DNA of 64,000 nucleotides from the NCBI GenBank assembly GCA_018396915.1, contig JAGTRD010000003.1, positions 173 through 64,172 on the forward strand. Reading direction: 5' to 3'. Made by a program: the position numbers and the translations under genes. The notes below the pieces were generated by a model. That model made no database searches. It was given only the letters and a program-made list of their open reading frames with translations, and had not been told where the DNA came from. This document shows, piece by piece, positions 28,774 to 38,395 of the stretch (position 1 is the stretch's first letter; every line of letters begins with the position of its first letter). Source of the stretch: Candidatus Bathyarchaeota archaeon. GTDB lineage: Archaea > Thermoproteota > Bathyarchaeia > 40CM-2-53-6 > RBG-13-38-9.

Positions 28774-30345
28774 TTGAATTACAAGGCTGACGCCTCCAGG
28801 ACTGTTAAGGGAACTCTAGGATTTGTGATTCAGAGCTCGGCGACTTCACTTCTTGGGCTTGTACTCTTCGCGGTCTTTGCCCGTTTCGTATCGAAGGGTG
28901 AGATGGGTGCCTATGCGGGTTTGACATTCACGGTGACTATTATGCAGCTTTCAGGCGTCTTAGGCCTGAATACCGCTGCGGCCAGGTTCACAGCGAAACT
29001 TTTGGCTGAGGGTGAGAGGGCTGAAGCGTCTGGTGTTGCTAGGATTATTTTGACTGTGGCCGCTCTCTCAGGATGTTTCTTCAGCCTCCTACACTACTTT
29101 TCAGCGCCTTACTTCTCATACCTCATGAGCCAATCTTATGAATATACTGGTTTCTTTCAGGCTGCGTCGGTGATAATCTTGATCTATGTCCCCCTACTCG
29201 TCATTGAAGGTTTGGTGCAGGGAGTCCAAGAATATTGGAGGCTGGCTATGTTGAGGGTTATCGGCCAAATCTTCAGGATCCTGGTCTGCCTTTGGCTATT
29301 CACCTCAGGTTGGGGGGTTTACGGAATGATCGTAGGATGGTCTCTCCTGGGCATCATCATGCTTCTAGGATCCATACTTGTTTTGAGATATCACCTAGAC
29401 TTCAAAGCTGGGAAATATGGTTTGAAGCCTATTCTGAAATATTCCGTGCCAGTTATGGGCGCTGGGTTGGCCACATACCTCTCCAACAGCATAGACCTCT
29501 TTATAGTCATGAGTTACGGGTTACCTGAGGAGTTGGGTGCTTACAATGTGGCTTTGGCCGCCTCAGGAGCCTTATCAACCATCCTAGTGGCCTCAGCTAC
29601 AGCAACCCTGCTACCCGCGACATCCGCAGTTTATGGTGTTGCAAATGTGGATGGTGTAGGTAAGGTATTCTTTAAGGCTTCAAGATACTTAGCCCTCCTT
29701 TTCACCCCCGCCTCTTTTGGACTGGCTTCGCTGGCTTGGCCTGTTATACTCATTATGGGAGGGGCCTCATATAGGGAGTCGACAGCCCCCCTGACCATTA
29801 TAGGCATAACATTCCTAATATATTCTCTATCGACACCCATCACAACATCTCTGACAGCTATAGGTGAGACTAGAAAATTTTTGATGATCACCTTAGCCTC
29901 TGTTGTGGTCGGTTCAACTGTTGCCGCTCTCTCTTACCCAGTATGCGGCATAATCGGAGCAGCCTTGGGCAGGGCCTGCCTCTCAATTTGCACTCTCACA
30001 TTCGGATTCCATCAGGCGCGAAAGGTTTTCAGTCCAAGGTTTGATCTCGAAGCCCTGGCCAAATCTCTTCTAGCCAGCATAATTATGGCTTTCACAGTAT
30101 ACGTGGTTACTTCAAACCTGTCGTCGATCCTGTCGATGCCCATAGGTGTCATGGTTGGTGTAACCATATATGTGATGATGCTCAGGTTCACCCGCGCGGT
30201 GAAAGATGAAGATCTGAGGGTTCTCAGTGGGGCCATATCAAGTAAGGCATGGAGGTTCTCTGAACCCATAATGGATTTAACATCAATCATTCTGACCGGC
30301 CGCAGGGATAGTTGGAGGATTCAGACAGGTAAAGAAAGTAGTTGA
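28774..30345 (+). CDS. MOP/Wzx-type polysaccharide (oligosaccharide) flippase
   Basis: 523 aa, about 12-14 hydrophobic helices, typical polysaccharide-biosynthesis-protein layout. Confidence 0.8.
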   Translation: MNYKADASRTVKGTLGFVIQSSATSLLGLVLFAVFARFVSKGEMGAYAGLTFTVTIMQLSGVLGLNTAAARFTAKLLAEGERAEASGVARIILTVAALSGCFFSLLHYFSAPYFSYLMSQSYEYTGFFQAASVIILIYVPLLVIEGLVQGVQEYWRLAMLRVIGQIFRILVCLWLFTSGWGVYGMIVGWSLLGIIMLLGSILVLRYHLDFKAGKYGLKPILKYSVPVMGAGLATYLSNSIDLFIVMSYGLPEELGAYNVALAASGALSTILVASATATLLPATSAVYGVANVDGVGKVFFKASRYLALLFTPASFGLASLAWPVILIMGGASYRESTAPLTIIGITFLIYSLSTPITTSLTAIGETRKFLMITLASVVVGSTVAALSYPVCGIIGAALGRACLSICTLTFGFHQARKVFSPRFDLEALAKSLLASIIMAFTVYVVTSNLSSILSMPIGVMVGVTIYVMMLRFTRAVKDEDLRVLSGAISSKAWRFSEPIMDLTSIILTGRRDSWRIQTGKESS

Positions 30346-30648
30346 GAAAAATCAGTGCCCTATAGCATATAGATCATCAAAGAAAGCATCACAATCTTTG
30401 TTTGGGATAGGATCGTAGGATACGGCTAGGTTACACCGAAGTTTTCTATTGAATCAATGATCCATCAGGGTTCGATACTGAAGGGGGTAGGGGGGTATAT
30501 GCCCACTCACACACTCTTCCTCCAAATATGGGCTCGCTCCAAATGCTATTAGGTTGACGGAGGATAATCATAATCTTATGAAGTTACGGTAAAACTCAAA
30601 TACTTTATAGCGTCATCATTTGTGAGTGGGTAGGTAGGTAGTAATTCC

Positions 30649-31296
30649 GTGGCTGAGTTAAACTGCCAACATTGTGGCTACAAGTGGAATTATGGCGGAG
30701 CCAACCTATACTATGCTACCTGCCCCCGATGTCGGTATAAAGTCAAGATCCCTAAAGAGAAAACCCGAATGAGAGGACGAGGAATGTCAAGTCTACAATT
30801 AGAGAGGGTGAAAGCGCATGAGAGGAGACCTATCAGACTCCAAGGAGTAGCTGCCATCGTAAATAGAATAGTTGAAGAATACGGATATGACAAGAGCATG
30901 CTCATACAGGTTCTGTTGAGGCTGCAAAAGAGTTTCAGCTGGCTTCCGATGGAAATGTTATTAGAAGTCAGTAAACAACTAAAAGTTCCTTTAAGTCAAG
31001 TATATCAGATCGCAACTTTCTACAAGGCATTCTCCCTCACACCCAGAGGGAGACATCTGGTAAGGGTATGTATGGGCACAGCATGCAAAGTTAGAGGTGC
31101 AACGAACATTCTTGAAAAAATTCAGAGAGTCCTCAAGATAGAAAGAGACGAAACAACACCAGATGGAAGATTCACCCTAGAAACAATAAACTGCGCAGGA
31201 TGCTGCGCATTAGGTCCAGTAATAACAGTCGACGGCGAATATCATGGAAATGTGAAGACCCATAATGTGGAGAAGATCCTGGAACAGTATAGGTAA
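30649..31296 (+). CDS. NuoE/HoxE/HydC-like thioredoxin-fold [2Fe-2S] protein with N-terminal zinc ribbon
   Basis: 215 aa, GTG start. N-terminal CQHC...CPRC. NuoE-type cluster ligands CMGTACKVRGA and CAGCCALGPV. Confidence 0.85.
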   Translation: MAELNCQHCGYKWNYGGANLYYATCPRCRYKVKIPKEKTRMRGRGMSSLQLERVKAHERRPIRLQGVAAIVNRIVEEYGYDKSMLIQVLLRLQKSFSWLPMEMLLEVSKQLKVPLSQVYQIATFYKAFSLTPRGRHLVRVCMGTACKVRGATNILEKIQRVLKIERDETTPDGRFTLETINCAGCCALGPVITVDGEYHGNVKTHNVEKILEQYR

Positions 31297-31306
31297 GGAA
31301 GAAGGT

Positions 31307-33235
31307 ATGGAAGAAATCAAAAGGATAGATTCACCTGAAGATCTAGAGAAACTTCGGCGAAAATTGAGATCGAAGAAGAAAACAGATAAAACTACAATCT
31401 CAGTATGTGTCAGCACCGGATGCGTCGCCCTCGGATCAATAAAAGTACTGGAAGCCATCAAAGCTGAGTTGGAGAGGCAAGGCTTAGTTGAGACTGTAAA
31501 TGTCAAGGAGACAGGATGCCTAGGATTCTGCGAGCAAGGTCCAAGACTTAGCATACATCCAAAAGAGATCTGTTACTTTAAGGTCAAACCTGAAGATGCC
31601 CAAGAGATAGTGTCTAAGACAGTTATTAAAGGTGAAGTTGTTGAGAGACTGCTCTACAAGGATCCAGCAACGGGTAAAGTAGCGAGGAGACTCGACGAGA
31701 TACCATTCTACAGGCATCAAGTTAGACCCCTCCTGGCGAATAATGAGAGAATAGATCCGAAGAGTATCAATGATTATATTGCCCTCGGAGGATACGAAGC
31801 CTTGGCCAAAGCACTCTTCAAAATGACCCCTGAAGATGTTATTGAGGAAATTAAGAGGGCGAACCTGAGGGGGCGAGGTGGAGGGGGATTCCCAACAGGA
31901 ATAAAATGGGAGACTACGCGAAAAGCACCTGGGCATCTTAAATATGTGATCGTCAACTGCGATGAGGGAGATCCAGGAGCATTCATGGATAGATCATTGA
32001 TGGAGGGCAACCCACATAGTGTTCTTGAAGGCCTTATAATAGGAGGCTACGCAATAGGTGCCGGTGAAGGCTTCGTCTACGTCAGAGAAGAATACCCTCT
32101 CGCCGCTGAGAATATAACAAACGCAATAAGGCAAGCCGAAGAGTATGGGCTTTTAGGTGAGAATATTTTAGGGTCAGGCTTCAACTTCAAGGTTAGGGTT
32201 CATAGGGGTGCCGGGGCCTTCGTCTCAGGGGAGTCCAGCGCCCTCATGAACGCTATAGAAGGATGCATCGGCGAGCCGAGACCAAAATATGTCCATACGG
32301 CGGTCAAAGGAGTTTGGGGCAGACCCAGTTGCTTGAATAATGTTAAGACATGGGCGAATATTCCACTCATAATACTAAACGGAGCCGAATGGTTCAGAAA
32401 GATAGGTACAGAAGGCAGCAGTGGAACCGCTATCTTCTCACTGGTGGGAAAAGTCAACAATACAGGTTTGGTTGAGGTGCCTATGGGGATAACCCTTCGA
32501 GACCTCATCTACAAGATAGGTGGTGGAATAAAGGATGGAAAGAAATTCAAGGCCGTCCAGACAGGTGGGCCTTCAGGGGGCTTCATTCCAGAGCAGTATC
32601 TCAACCTCCCAGTAGACTTTGATGAGCTTAACAGAGTCGGTTCAATGATGGGTTCGGGAGGCATGGTTGTTATGGATGAAGATACCTGCATGGTAGACGC
32701 CGCCAGATTCTTCATCGACTTCCTACTTGAAGAGTCATGTGGGAAATGCATTCCATGCCGTGAGGGATTAAGAGTATTATCGAGAATCCTCAACGATATA
32801 TGTGAAGGCAAGGGTGTTGAAGAAGACGTAATGATTGTTGAAGAGATCGCTGAAACCATGCGCGATGCATCCCTATGCGCACTAGGAACAACGGCAGCGA
32901 ACCCTGTACTCACATCCTTAAAATATTTCAGGGATGAATGGGATCAACATCTGAAGGCTAAACGTTGCCCAGCCAAAGCTTGTAAGGCGCTGGTAAACTA
33001 TTACATTGAACCTGAGAAGTGTCAAGCCTGCCAATTATGCAGGAGAGAGTGTCCAACAGGGGCCATTCTAGGTGGGGTCGAGCAGGTTCACTGGATCGAA
33101 CAGGATAAATGTGTGAAGTGCGGCTCATGCTATGAGGCCTGTAGGTTCAATGCAATAGTGAAACTCTCCGGTGAGCCTATCCCTCCACCGCCACCTGAAG
33201 GTACTAAACCAGTTCGGAGAAGAGGTGGTCGATGA
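31307..33235 (+). CDS. NuoF/HoxF/HydB-like NAD(P)H-binding FMN iron-sulfur flavoprotein
   Basis: N-terminal 2Fe-2S domain (CVSTGC...GCLGFCEQGP), GRGGGGFPTGIKW, ESCGKCIPCREG, and two C-terminal ferredoxin motifs (CQACQLCRRECP, CVKCGSCYEACR). ATG 31307 preferred. Confidence 0.9.
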   Translation: MEEIKRIDSPEDLEKLRRKLRSKKKTDKTTISVCVSTGCVALGSIKVLEAIKAELERQGLVETVNVKETGCLGFCEQGPRLSIHPKEICYFKVKPEDAQEIVSKTVIKGEVVERLLYKDPATGKVARRLDEIPFYRHQVRPLLANNERIDPKSINDYIALGGYEALAKALFKMTPEDVIEEIKRANLRGRGGGGFPTGIKWETTRKAPGHLKYVIVNCDEGDPGAFMDRSLMEGNPHSVLEGLIIGGYAIGAGEGFVYVREEYPLAAENITNAIRQAEEYGLLGENILGSGFNFKVRVHRGAGAFVSGESSALMNAIEGCIGEPRPKYVHTAVKGVWGRPSCLNNVKTWANIPLIILNGAEWFRKIGTEGSSGTAIFSLVGKVNNTGLVEVPMGITLRDLIYKIGGGIKDGKKFKAVQTGGPSGGFIPEQYLNLPVDFDELNRVGSMMGSGGMVVMDEDTCMVDAARFFIDFLLEESCGKCIPCREGLRVLSRILNDICEGKGVEEDVMIVEEIAETMRDASLCALGTTAANPVLTSLKYFRDEWDQHLKAKRCPAKACKALVNYYIEPEKCQACQLCRRECPTGAILGGVEQVHWIEQDKCVKCGSCYEACRFNAIVKLSGEPIPPPPPEGTKPVRRRGGR

Positions 33236-33852
33236 TGGGTCTAAAACTAAAGATAGATGATAAGGAGGTTGAGTCGATGGAAGGCGAGACTATCTTGGAC
33301 GCCGCAAAAAAACTCGGTATTGAGATCCCTACACTCTGCCACCATGAAGGCTTGGAACCCTACGGTGCATGCAGAATATGCAGTGTAGAGATTGAGAAGA
33401 ACGGAAGAAAGAGAATAGTCGCCGCATGTTGTTACCCAGCTGAAGATGGCTTGAACGTAAAGACCAGGAGCCCCAGAATAGACAGAATTAGAAGAATCAT
33501 AATTGAGTTGGCCGCTATAAATGTTGGAGGAGACCTCTCCGGAAAGTTTTTGGAACTAGCAGCAGAATATAAGGCTGACACATCTAGGTTCCTTCAAAAA
33601 GTTAAGGTTGAACCGTCAAAATGCATCCTCTGCGGGCTCTGCGTACGCAGATGTGTCGAAGCCTGCTGGGACAGCGTCATAGGATTTGTTGGAAGAGGTG
33701 TAAACAGGCGAATAGTCGTGTATCCTGAGAATGCATCCATCTGTTCAACATGCGATCACTGTCACGGGATCTGCCCAACAGGAAGGATAACATCCATAGG
33801 ACCAGACCCACCGTTCCCATCAATCGACGACGTACTCGCTGGAAGGGAGTAA
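33232..33852 (+). CDS. NuoG N-terminal/HoxU-like [2Fe-2S]+[4Fe-4S] protein (no catalytic domain)
   Basis: 206 aa. Motifs: CHHEGLEPYGACRICSVE, CILCGLCVRRC, CSTCDHCHGICP. ATGA-type overlap with the upstream gene. Confidence 0.8.
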   Translation: MMGLKLKIDDKEVESMEGETILDAAKKLGIEIPTLCHHEGLEPYGACRICSVEIEKNGRKRIVAACCYPAEDGLNVKTRSPRIDRIRRIIIELAAINVGGDLSGKFLELAAEYKADTSRFLQKVKVEPSKCILCGLCVRRCVEACWDSVIGFVGRGVNRRIVVYPENASICSTCDHCHGICPTGRITSIGPDPPFPSIDDVLAGRE

Positions 33853-33976
33853 AGAAGATATTATCTGGATGGTAAAATCTTAATTCGTAGCCAAATATAA
33901 TCGTTGAGAACACTAGCTTAAGGCCAAAAAGGCTTTTATTTGTCAGAATATAGTAATTGCGTAGAGGTCGATATCT

Positions 33977-34471
33977 TTGGGAAAGAAAGCTAGAGAAATA
34001 GTCAAGGTAAATATTCAGGAACTGTTGGCGGATCTTAACAGCGCATATGCAGATGAATGGATAGCATTCTTCTATTATACCTGGGCTAAATCCTATATTG
34101 AGGGACCTGACTATCCTACAGTGGCCTCTGAAATAGATAAGATCGCTAAGGACGAGTTTGAACATTTATCAGAGCTCGCCGATAGAATCTATGAGTTGGG
34201 AGGAGAACCTGAGAGGGACCTTGAGGACCTCCAGAGAATAGCGAACTGTAAGAAGGTGAGCTTCCCTAAGGATGAGAGAGATATTGAGGGTGCCCTGAAG
34301 GCCCTAGCTGACGCTGAAGGATGCGCAATCGACGTCTACAATAGGATCCTGTTGAAGATCTCCGCCTGCTACCAGAAAGACGTTAGGACATTCCATCTGA
34401 TAGAGCATATTCTATCTGAAGAGATAGAGCATGAAGAGGCCTTCGAGAATTTGCTTGCAAAGAAGAGGTAA
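33977..34471 (+). CDS. ferritin-like/Dps-like di-iron protein
   Basis: 164 aa, four-helix pattern with E/H ligand motifs (DEFEHLSELADRI, EEIEHEEAF). Confidence 0.7.
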   Translation: MGKKAREIVKVNIQELLADLNSAYADEWIAFFYYTWAKSYIEGPDYPTVASEIDKIAKDEFEHLSELADRIYELGGEPERDLEDLQRIANCKKVSFPKDERDIEGALKALADAEGCAIDVYNRILLKISACYQKDVRTFHLIEHILSEEIEHEEAFENLLAKKR

Positions 34472-34506
34472 CATATAATCCATAAATAGGCAAGGTATCA
34501 GTATAA

Positions 34507-34941
34507 CTATGTAACTGTGACAGCAACCAACCGGCTCTGCTTAACACCCCTTTTATTCATTATCTCCTCGGACAATTTCCTAACCGTCTTTGCGTCGCCC
34601 CTAACCGATACGATCTCCAAGCAATTTCTATCATCGAGATGTACATGTGTGGTTGAGGTTATTACCCTCTGATATTTATGTTGGACATCCGTCAGAACCT
34701 CCTCTAAACCCTTGACTTCATGGTCATATATTGTAACCAAGCCGCCAGCGACTTCTCCTGAGACTTGGTGTGTCCACTTGTAATCGTCCAAGAAGATGCG
34801 CATAGCAGCCTGGATGGCTTTAGACCTATCATATCCGATCCTCTTTATTGTGGAGTCAAACTCCTCAACTAATCTCGGTGGAGCTGAGATGCTGAATCTA
34901 CAAACACCATTTGAACCCAAAACCATTACCCCCCAAATCAA
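34507..34941 (-). CDS. nikR: second NikR-like ribbon-helix-helix regulator
   Basis: RHH segment RFSISAPPRLVEEFDSTIKRIGYDRSKAIQAAMRIFL. C-domain with IYDHEV...HKY...TTHVHLDDRNCLEIV. Confidence 0.75.
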   Translation of the reverse strand: MIWGVMVLGSNGVCRFSISAPPRLVEEFDSTIKRIGYDRSKAIQAAMRIFLDDYKWTHQVSGEVAGGLVTIYDHEVKGLEEVLTDVQHKYQRVITSTTHVHLDDRNCLEIVSVRGDAKTVRKLSEEIMNKRGVKQSRLVAVTVT

Positions 34942-35011
34942 TGTCGGCTGGTTATTAATATATGTTGGAGATCCCGCTTGTCTGAAAAGATAAAAGTATC
35001 AACATAATAAT

Positions 35012-35833
35012 TTGTTTCTGATGGGTTCAGCAAGTTCAAAGATCCTTATTGTGCCAAACCTCAAAACCTCCTCCGTAAAAGCCTCCAGAGTCATCCAATC
35101 TGAGGAATATGTTGAGAAGATATTCCTGCCTGAACCTGAACGTCTTGAACCATACATAAAAACATATGGTAAGGAAAGAATCTCCTATGAAGATTTCGTC
35201 GGCAGAGTTAGAGATTCACGGCTGATTCCTGAGCCTCTTGGAAGTTGGCTATACACTTTTGAACCGATCCTTATGGGGATCTCTCAGCTTCTCAGACGGA
35301 ATAAGGCGCTAGAGATAATCTGCTACAAGGATGCAGAGGACCTTGAGAGGGCTTCAAGGTTCTCATCTGAAATCGCCCTCCTAACATATAGGAGCAACGT
35401 ATCAGGCAGGATAAATATTGACGATTGGATTTATACAATCTCAGAGTATATGGTCAGTAGTGAAGATATGTTGTTGAGGGAGGCGCAACGCATCATCGCC
35501 ATGGCTGGTGATTCAGGCAACATAGTTCTATCAGGCCTTGGAGGTAAAGAACTGAAACGGCTGTTAAGCGGATCCTTGAATATTCAACTTGAATGTGTAG
35601 AGAAATTCTACCATTTCACGCCGATAGAGATTTTGCAGACTGTAGTCGTAAGAGGGGATATTGATAGATGTTATATTGAGAGTTTGGTCAGATGTCACCT
35701 TGAGTATGTCAACCGTTACGTCCTCAGGAGCTGGAACCGGGATGTGGCTTATTACCGTTGGGTCTATGACAAGATACCGAGGCTTAGGAGTTGCCTATGT
35801 GAATTCGAAATTGAAGAGTTGAAGGTTCTCTAG
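35012..35833 (+). CDS. hypothetical soluble protein
   Basis: 273-aa ORF. No motif or TM segment recognised. Confidence 0.5.
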   Translation: MFLMGSASSKILIVPNLKTSSVKASRVIQSEEYVEKIFLPEPERLEPYIKTYGKERISYEDFVGRVRDSRLIPEPLGSWLYTFEPILMGISQLLRRNKALEIICYKDAEDLERASRFSSEIALLTYRSNVSGRINIDDWIYTISEYMVSSEDMLLREAQRIIAMAGDSGNIVLSGLGGKELKRLLSGSLNIQLECVEKFYHFTPIEILQTVVVRGDIDRCYIESLVRCHLEYVNRYVLRSWNRDVAYYRWVYDKIPRLRSCLCEFEIEELKVL

Positions 35834-35882
35834 TCACCATCAGTTCAGTAAAGAGATCCTGTGTATTTTTACTTAGTTGAAT

Positions 35883-36221
35883 CTATTCCAGAATCATCTC
35901 TTTGCGGTCGAATCCGAAATTCTCAAACTGTTGGGTGAGACCTATGGCCTTCGTTGGACATACATCCTCACATTGCTGGCAGTGTGTGCAACGGTCAAGA
36001 TAGAATCTGGGCCTCTTCCCCTTCTCATCCTCAAACATCTCCACAGTCTCTGAGGGACATACTCTGAAGCACATTCCGCATCCTATACATAGCTGCCTGT
36101 TAAATGTGAGTCTCCCCCTCAAACCTTCAGGGACATGAACCTTCTCCCTATCCTTGAACGGATAGAGCACAGTAGCTCTTCTACTCACTAAGTTCCTCAG
36201 AAGTTCAACCGCCAAAGACAT
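35883..36221 (-). CDS. NuoI/MbhN-like 2x[4Fe-4S] ferredoxin subunit
   Basis: Motifs CIGCGMCFRVCP and CTHCQQCEDVCP. I prefer ATG 36221 (MSLAVELLRNL...), which avoids a 49-nt overlap with the large subunit. Confidence 0.85.
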   Translation of the reverse strand: MSLAVELLRNLVSRRATVLYPFKDREKVHVPEGLRGRLTFNRQLCIGCGMCFRVCPSETVEMFEDEKGKRPRFYLDRCTHCQQCEDVCPTKAIGLTQQFENFGFDRKEMILE

Positions 36222-36232
36222 CTCAAGCCACC

Positions 36233-37423
36233 TCACAATTTCCTCGTATATTTCTTGAGTTGCTCCATCGTCCAGACCCAACTCCTACCCTTCGAAGGCT
36301 CTATGAACCTCAGCATCCTGTCCATGCAGCACATGCAAGGATCTATGCCGGCCAGCAGCACAGGAATGTCGGCGACATTGACCTCATACTTCCCTCTTGT
36401 AGTCATGCTCTGGAGTAAGGGCGCAAGGTTTCCGAGGGTCGGCGCGCGAACCTTATACCTAGCAGGCTTGTCTGTCCCATTAGATCTAACATAATGGATG
36501 TCTTCACCTCTGGGAGCCTCAACCTTACTCACCGCTTCCCCTACAGGCGGGGTGTTCGGCAGCCTCACCCTCACCGGTCCAGAAGGCATATGGTCAAGAC
36601 AGTATCTTACCATCTCAATGGACTCCAAGGTCTCATCGACCCTAACCATTATCCTAGCATAGAAGTCGCATGTATCGTAGCTTATTACGTTGAACGGGAC
36701 CTCGTCATGGGCTGCATATGGATCGTCTTTCCTAACATCCTCCTTTATAGCTGAGGCCCTGCGCATAGGTCCTACAGCACATAATTGGATAGCCTCCTCA
36801 GGGGTCAATATACCTATGCCCTTCGACCTGGCGCTTATAGTCGGATCTACGGGAACTGTTCTCTTGTAGTATCTTGTTCGCTCCTCCAAAACATCCATGC
36901 CTTTCCTGATTCTATATTCAACTTGAGGTGTGAGGTCTCTTCTAGTTCCACCTATTGTTGTGAAGGACATAGATACCCTATTTCCCGTGAGGGCTTCAAT
37001 AAGATCAAGCACAAGTTCCCGGTCACGCCAGACATACATGAAGAGTGTGTCGAAGCCAACCTCATGCCCCACCACTCCAAGCCAGAGCAGGTGGCTATGT
37101 ATCCTGTTCAACTCCTCTATTAGAACCCTCAGATATTCAGCCCTTCTTGGTGGAGGTTTCTCATATAGGTACTCTATGTTTTGGGTGTAACAGACCGTGT
37201 GGGCTGTATTGCATATTCCACATATCCTCTCCACCAGTGGAATGTTCTGCAGATATGTTTTCGACTCCATAAGTTTCTCTATTCCTTTGTGGGCATATCC
37301 TATTCTGGCCTCCACTTTGACAATGTTCTCTCCCTCCACATAGAATGTGAAGTTTTCAGGCTCCTTGAGTGCTGGATGTTGGGGACCTACTGGGACCTTA
37401 AATAGTGTGGTCGACAATTTCAC
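36233..37423 (-). CDS. group-4-type [NiFe]-hydrogenase large subunit (NuoD/MbhL/EchE-like) with intact Ni ligands
   Basis: 396 aa. N-terminal RICGICNTAH and C-terminal DPCMCCMDR, followed by a 27-residue tail. Confidence 0.9.
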   Translation of the reverse strand: MKLSTTLFKVPVGPQHPALKEPENFTFYVEGENIVKVEARIGYAHKGIEKLMESKTYLQNIPLVERICGICNTAHTVCYTQNIEYLYEKPPPRRAEYLRVLIEELNRIHSHLLWLGVVGHEVGFDTLFMYVWRDRELVLDLIEALTGNRVSMSFTTIGGTRRDLTPQVEYRIRKGMDVLEERTRYYKRTVPVDPTISARSKGIGILTPEEAIQLCAVGPMRRASAIKEDVRKDDPYAAHDEVPFNVISYDTCDFYARIMVRVDETLESIEMVRYCLDHMPSGPVRVRLPNTPPVGEAVSKVEAPRGEDIHYVRSNGTDKPARYKVRAPTLGNLAPLLQSMTTRGKYEVNVADIPVLLAGIDPCMCCMDRMLRFIEPSKGRSWVWTMEQLKKYTRKL

Positions 37424-37896
37424 TCAACCTCCCTTGGTCCCTTCAACCTAGTGACTTTATACTCTTTCCTTAAGGGGTAGACTCCGGCAGGCCAGTCCTC
37501 AGGAAGGATTAAACGTTCGAGGTTCGGGTGGCCTTCAAAGACTATTCCAAAAAGGTCGAATACTTCACGTTCATAGAAAGTGGCTCCTGGAACTATGTCT
37601 GTGAGGGTTGGTATTTTTGGGTCTTCCTTTGGGACTGTTGCCTTCAAAGTAACTTCAACACCCCTACCGAAGAGGTATGCCATAACATCCATCTCCTTCC
37701 CAGAATCAGCCGCAGTTATCGTCGATACATGATTTATGTTCATGTTTTGGATCAAGTGTTTCGCTGCTTGTTTGTAGGCTTCCCTACTGACCTTCAGGAA
37801 GAGCCTTCTCGGTCTTGGAATCTTCACCTCCAAGAGATTCTCCCCCAGAAGACTCTTCACCTCACTTGCAATATACTCCTCATTGCTTGTTGACAT
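37420..37896 (-). CDS. NuoC/MbhK-like hydrogenase subunit
   Basis: 158 aa. NuoC-family core (FYEREVFDLFGIVFEGHP); 4-nt overlap with the large subunit. Confidence 0.85.
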   Translation of the reverse strand: MSTSNEEYIASEVKSLLGENLLEVKIPRPRRLFLKVSREAYKQAAKHLIQNMNINHVSTITAADSGKEMDVMAYLFGRGVEVTLKATVPKEDPKIPTLTDIVPGATFYEREVFDLFGIVFEGHPNLERLILPEDWPAGVYPLRKEYKVTRLKGPREVE

Positions 37897-37902
37897 ATCC
37901 GA

Positions 37903-38337
37903 TCACCCCGACTTTATCTTCGCCTGTAAGGCGGCTACCGCTCCCAAGATCGCCTCAGGCTTAGGTGGACAACCGTAAACATATGCACTCACAGGAATAA
38001 CCGAGTCTAGTCCTGGATAGACATTGTAGCATCCCCTGTATACTCCGCCACTGTTGCAGCAGTTTCCGACGGAGAGGACGAACTTAGGCTCAGGCATCTG
38101 CTCATATATCCTGATGATGCGGTCTCTGATCTGTCTGTTTACTGGGCCCGTCACAACCAAGATATCTCCGTGTCTTGGACTCCCCTTCAACAGGACACCG
38201 AACCTTTCAACATCGAATCTTGGGTCGAGGGCCGCTAGAACCTCTATATCGCATGCGTTGCATCCGCCTGTGTTGAAGTGTACTATCCATGGGCTTTGGG
38301 CTCTACTCCAACTCACCAAACCCAACCTGAACCACAA
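37903..38337 (-). CDS. NuoB/MbhJ-like [NiFe]-hydrogenase small subunit
   Basis: 144 aa. Cluster ligands TGGCNACDIE, GNCCNSGG, VYGCPPKPEA. Confidence 0.9.
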   Translation of the reverse strand: MWFRLGLVSWSRAQSPWIVHFNTGGCNACDIEVLAALDPRFDVERFGVLLKGSPRHGDILVVTGPVNRQIRDRIIRIYEQMPEPKFVLSVGNCCNSGGVYRGCYNVYPGLDSVIPVSAYVYGCPPKPEAILGAVAALQAKIKSG

Positions 38338-38395
38338 CCCTTTAGATTTACTTCAGGTATTCTAGGATGCTTTTAAATTCTTGTATCCTAGGTTA

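Noticed and set aside
30460-30500. tRNA-like T-loop string GGGTTCGATACTGAAGGGGG
   Set aside because: The flanks cannot form a T-stem or acceptor stem.
36222-36281. Upstream start giving a 49-nt overlap of the NuoI-like gene with the hydrogenase large subunit
   Set aside because: The internal ATG at 36221 gives a normal-length NuoI-type N-terminus and an 11-nt gap. The extension has no conserved look.
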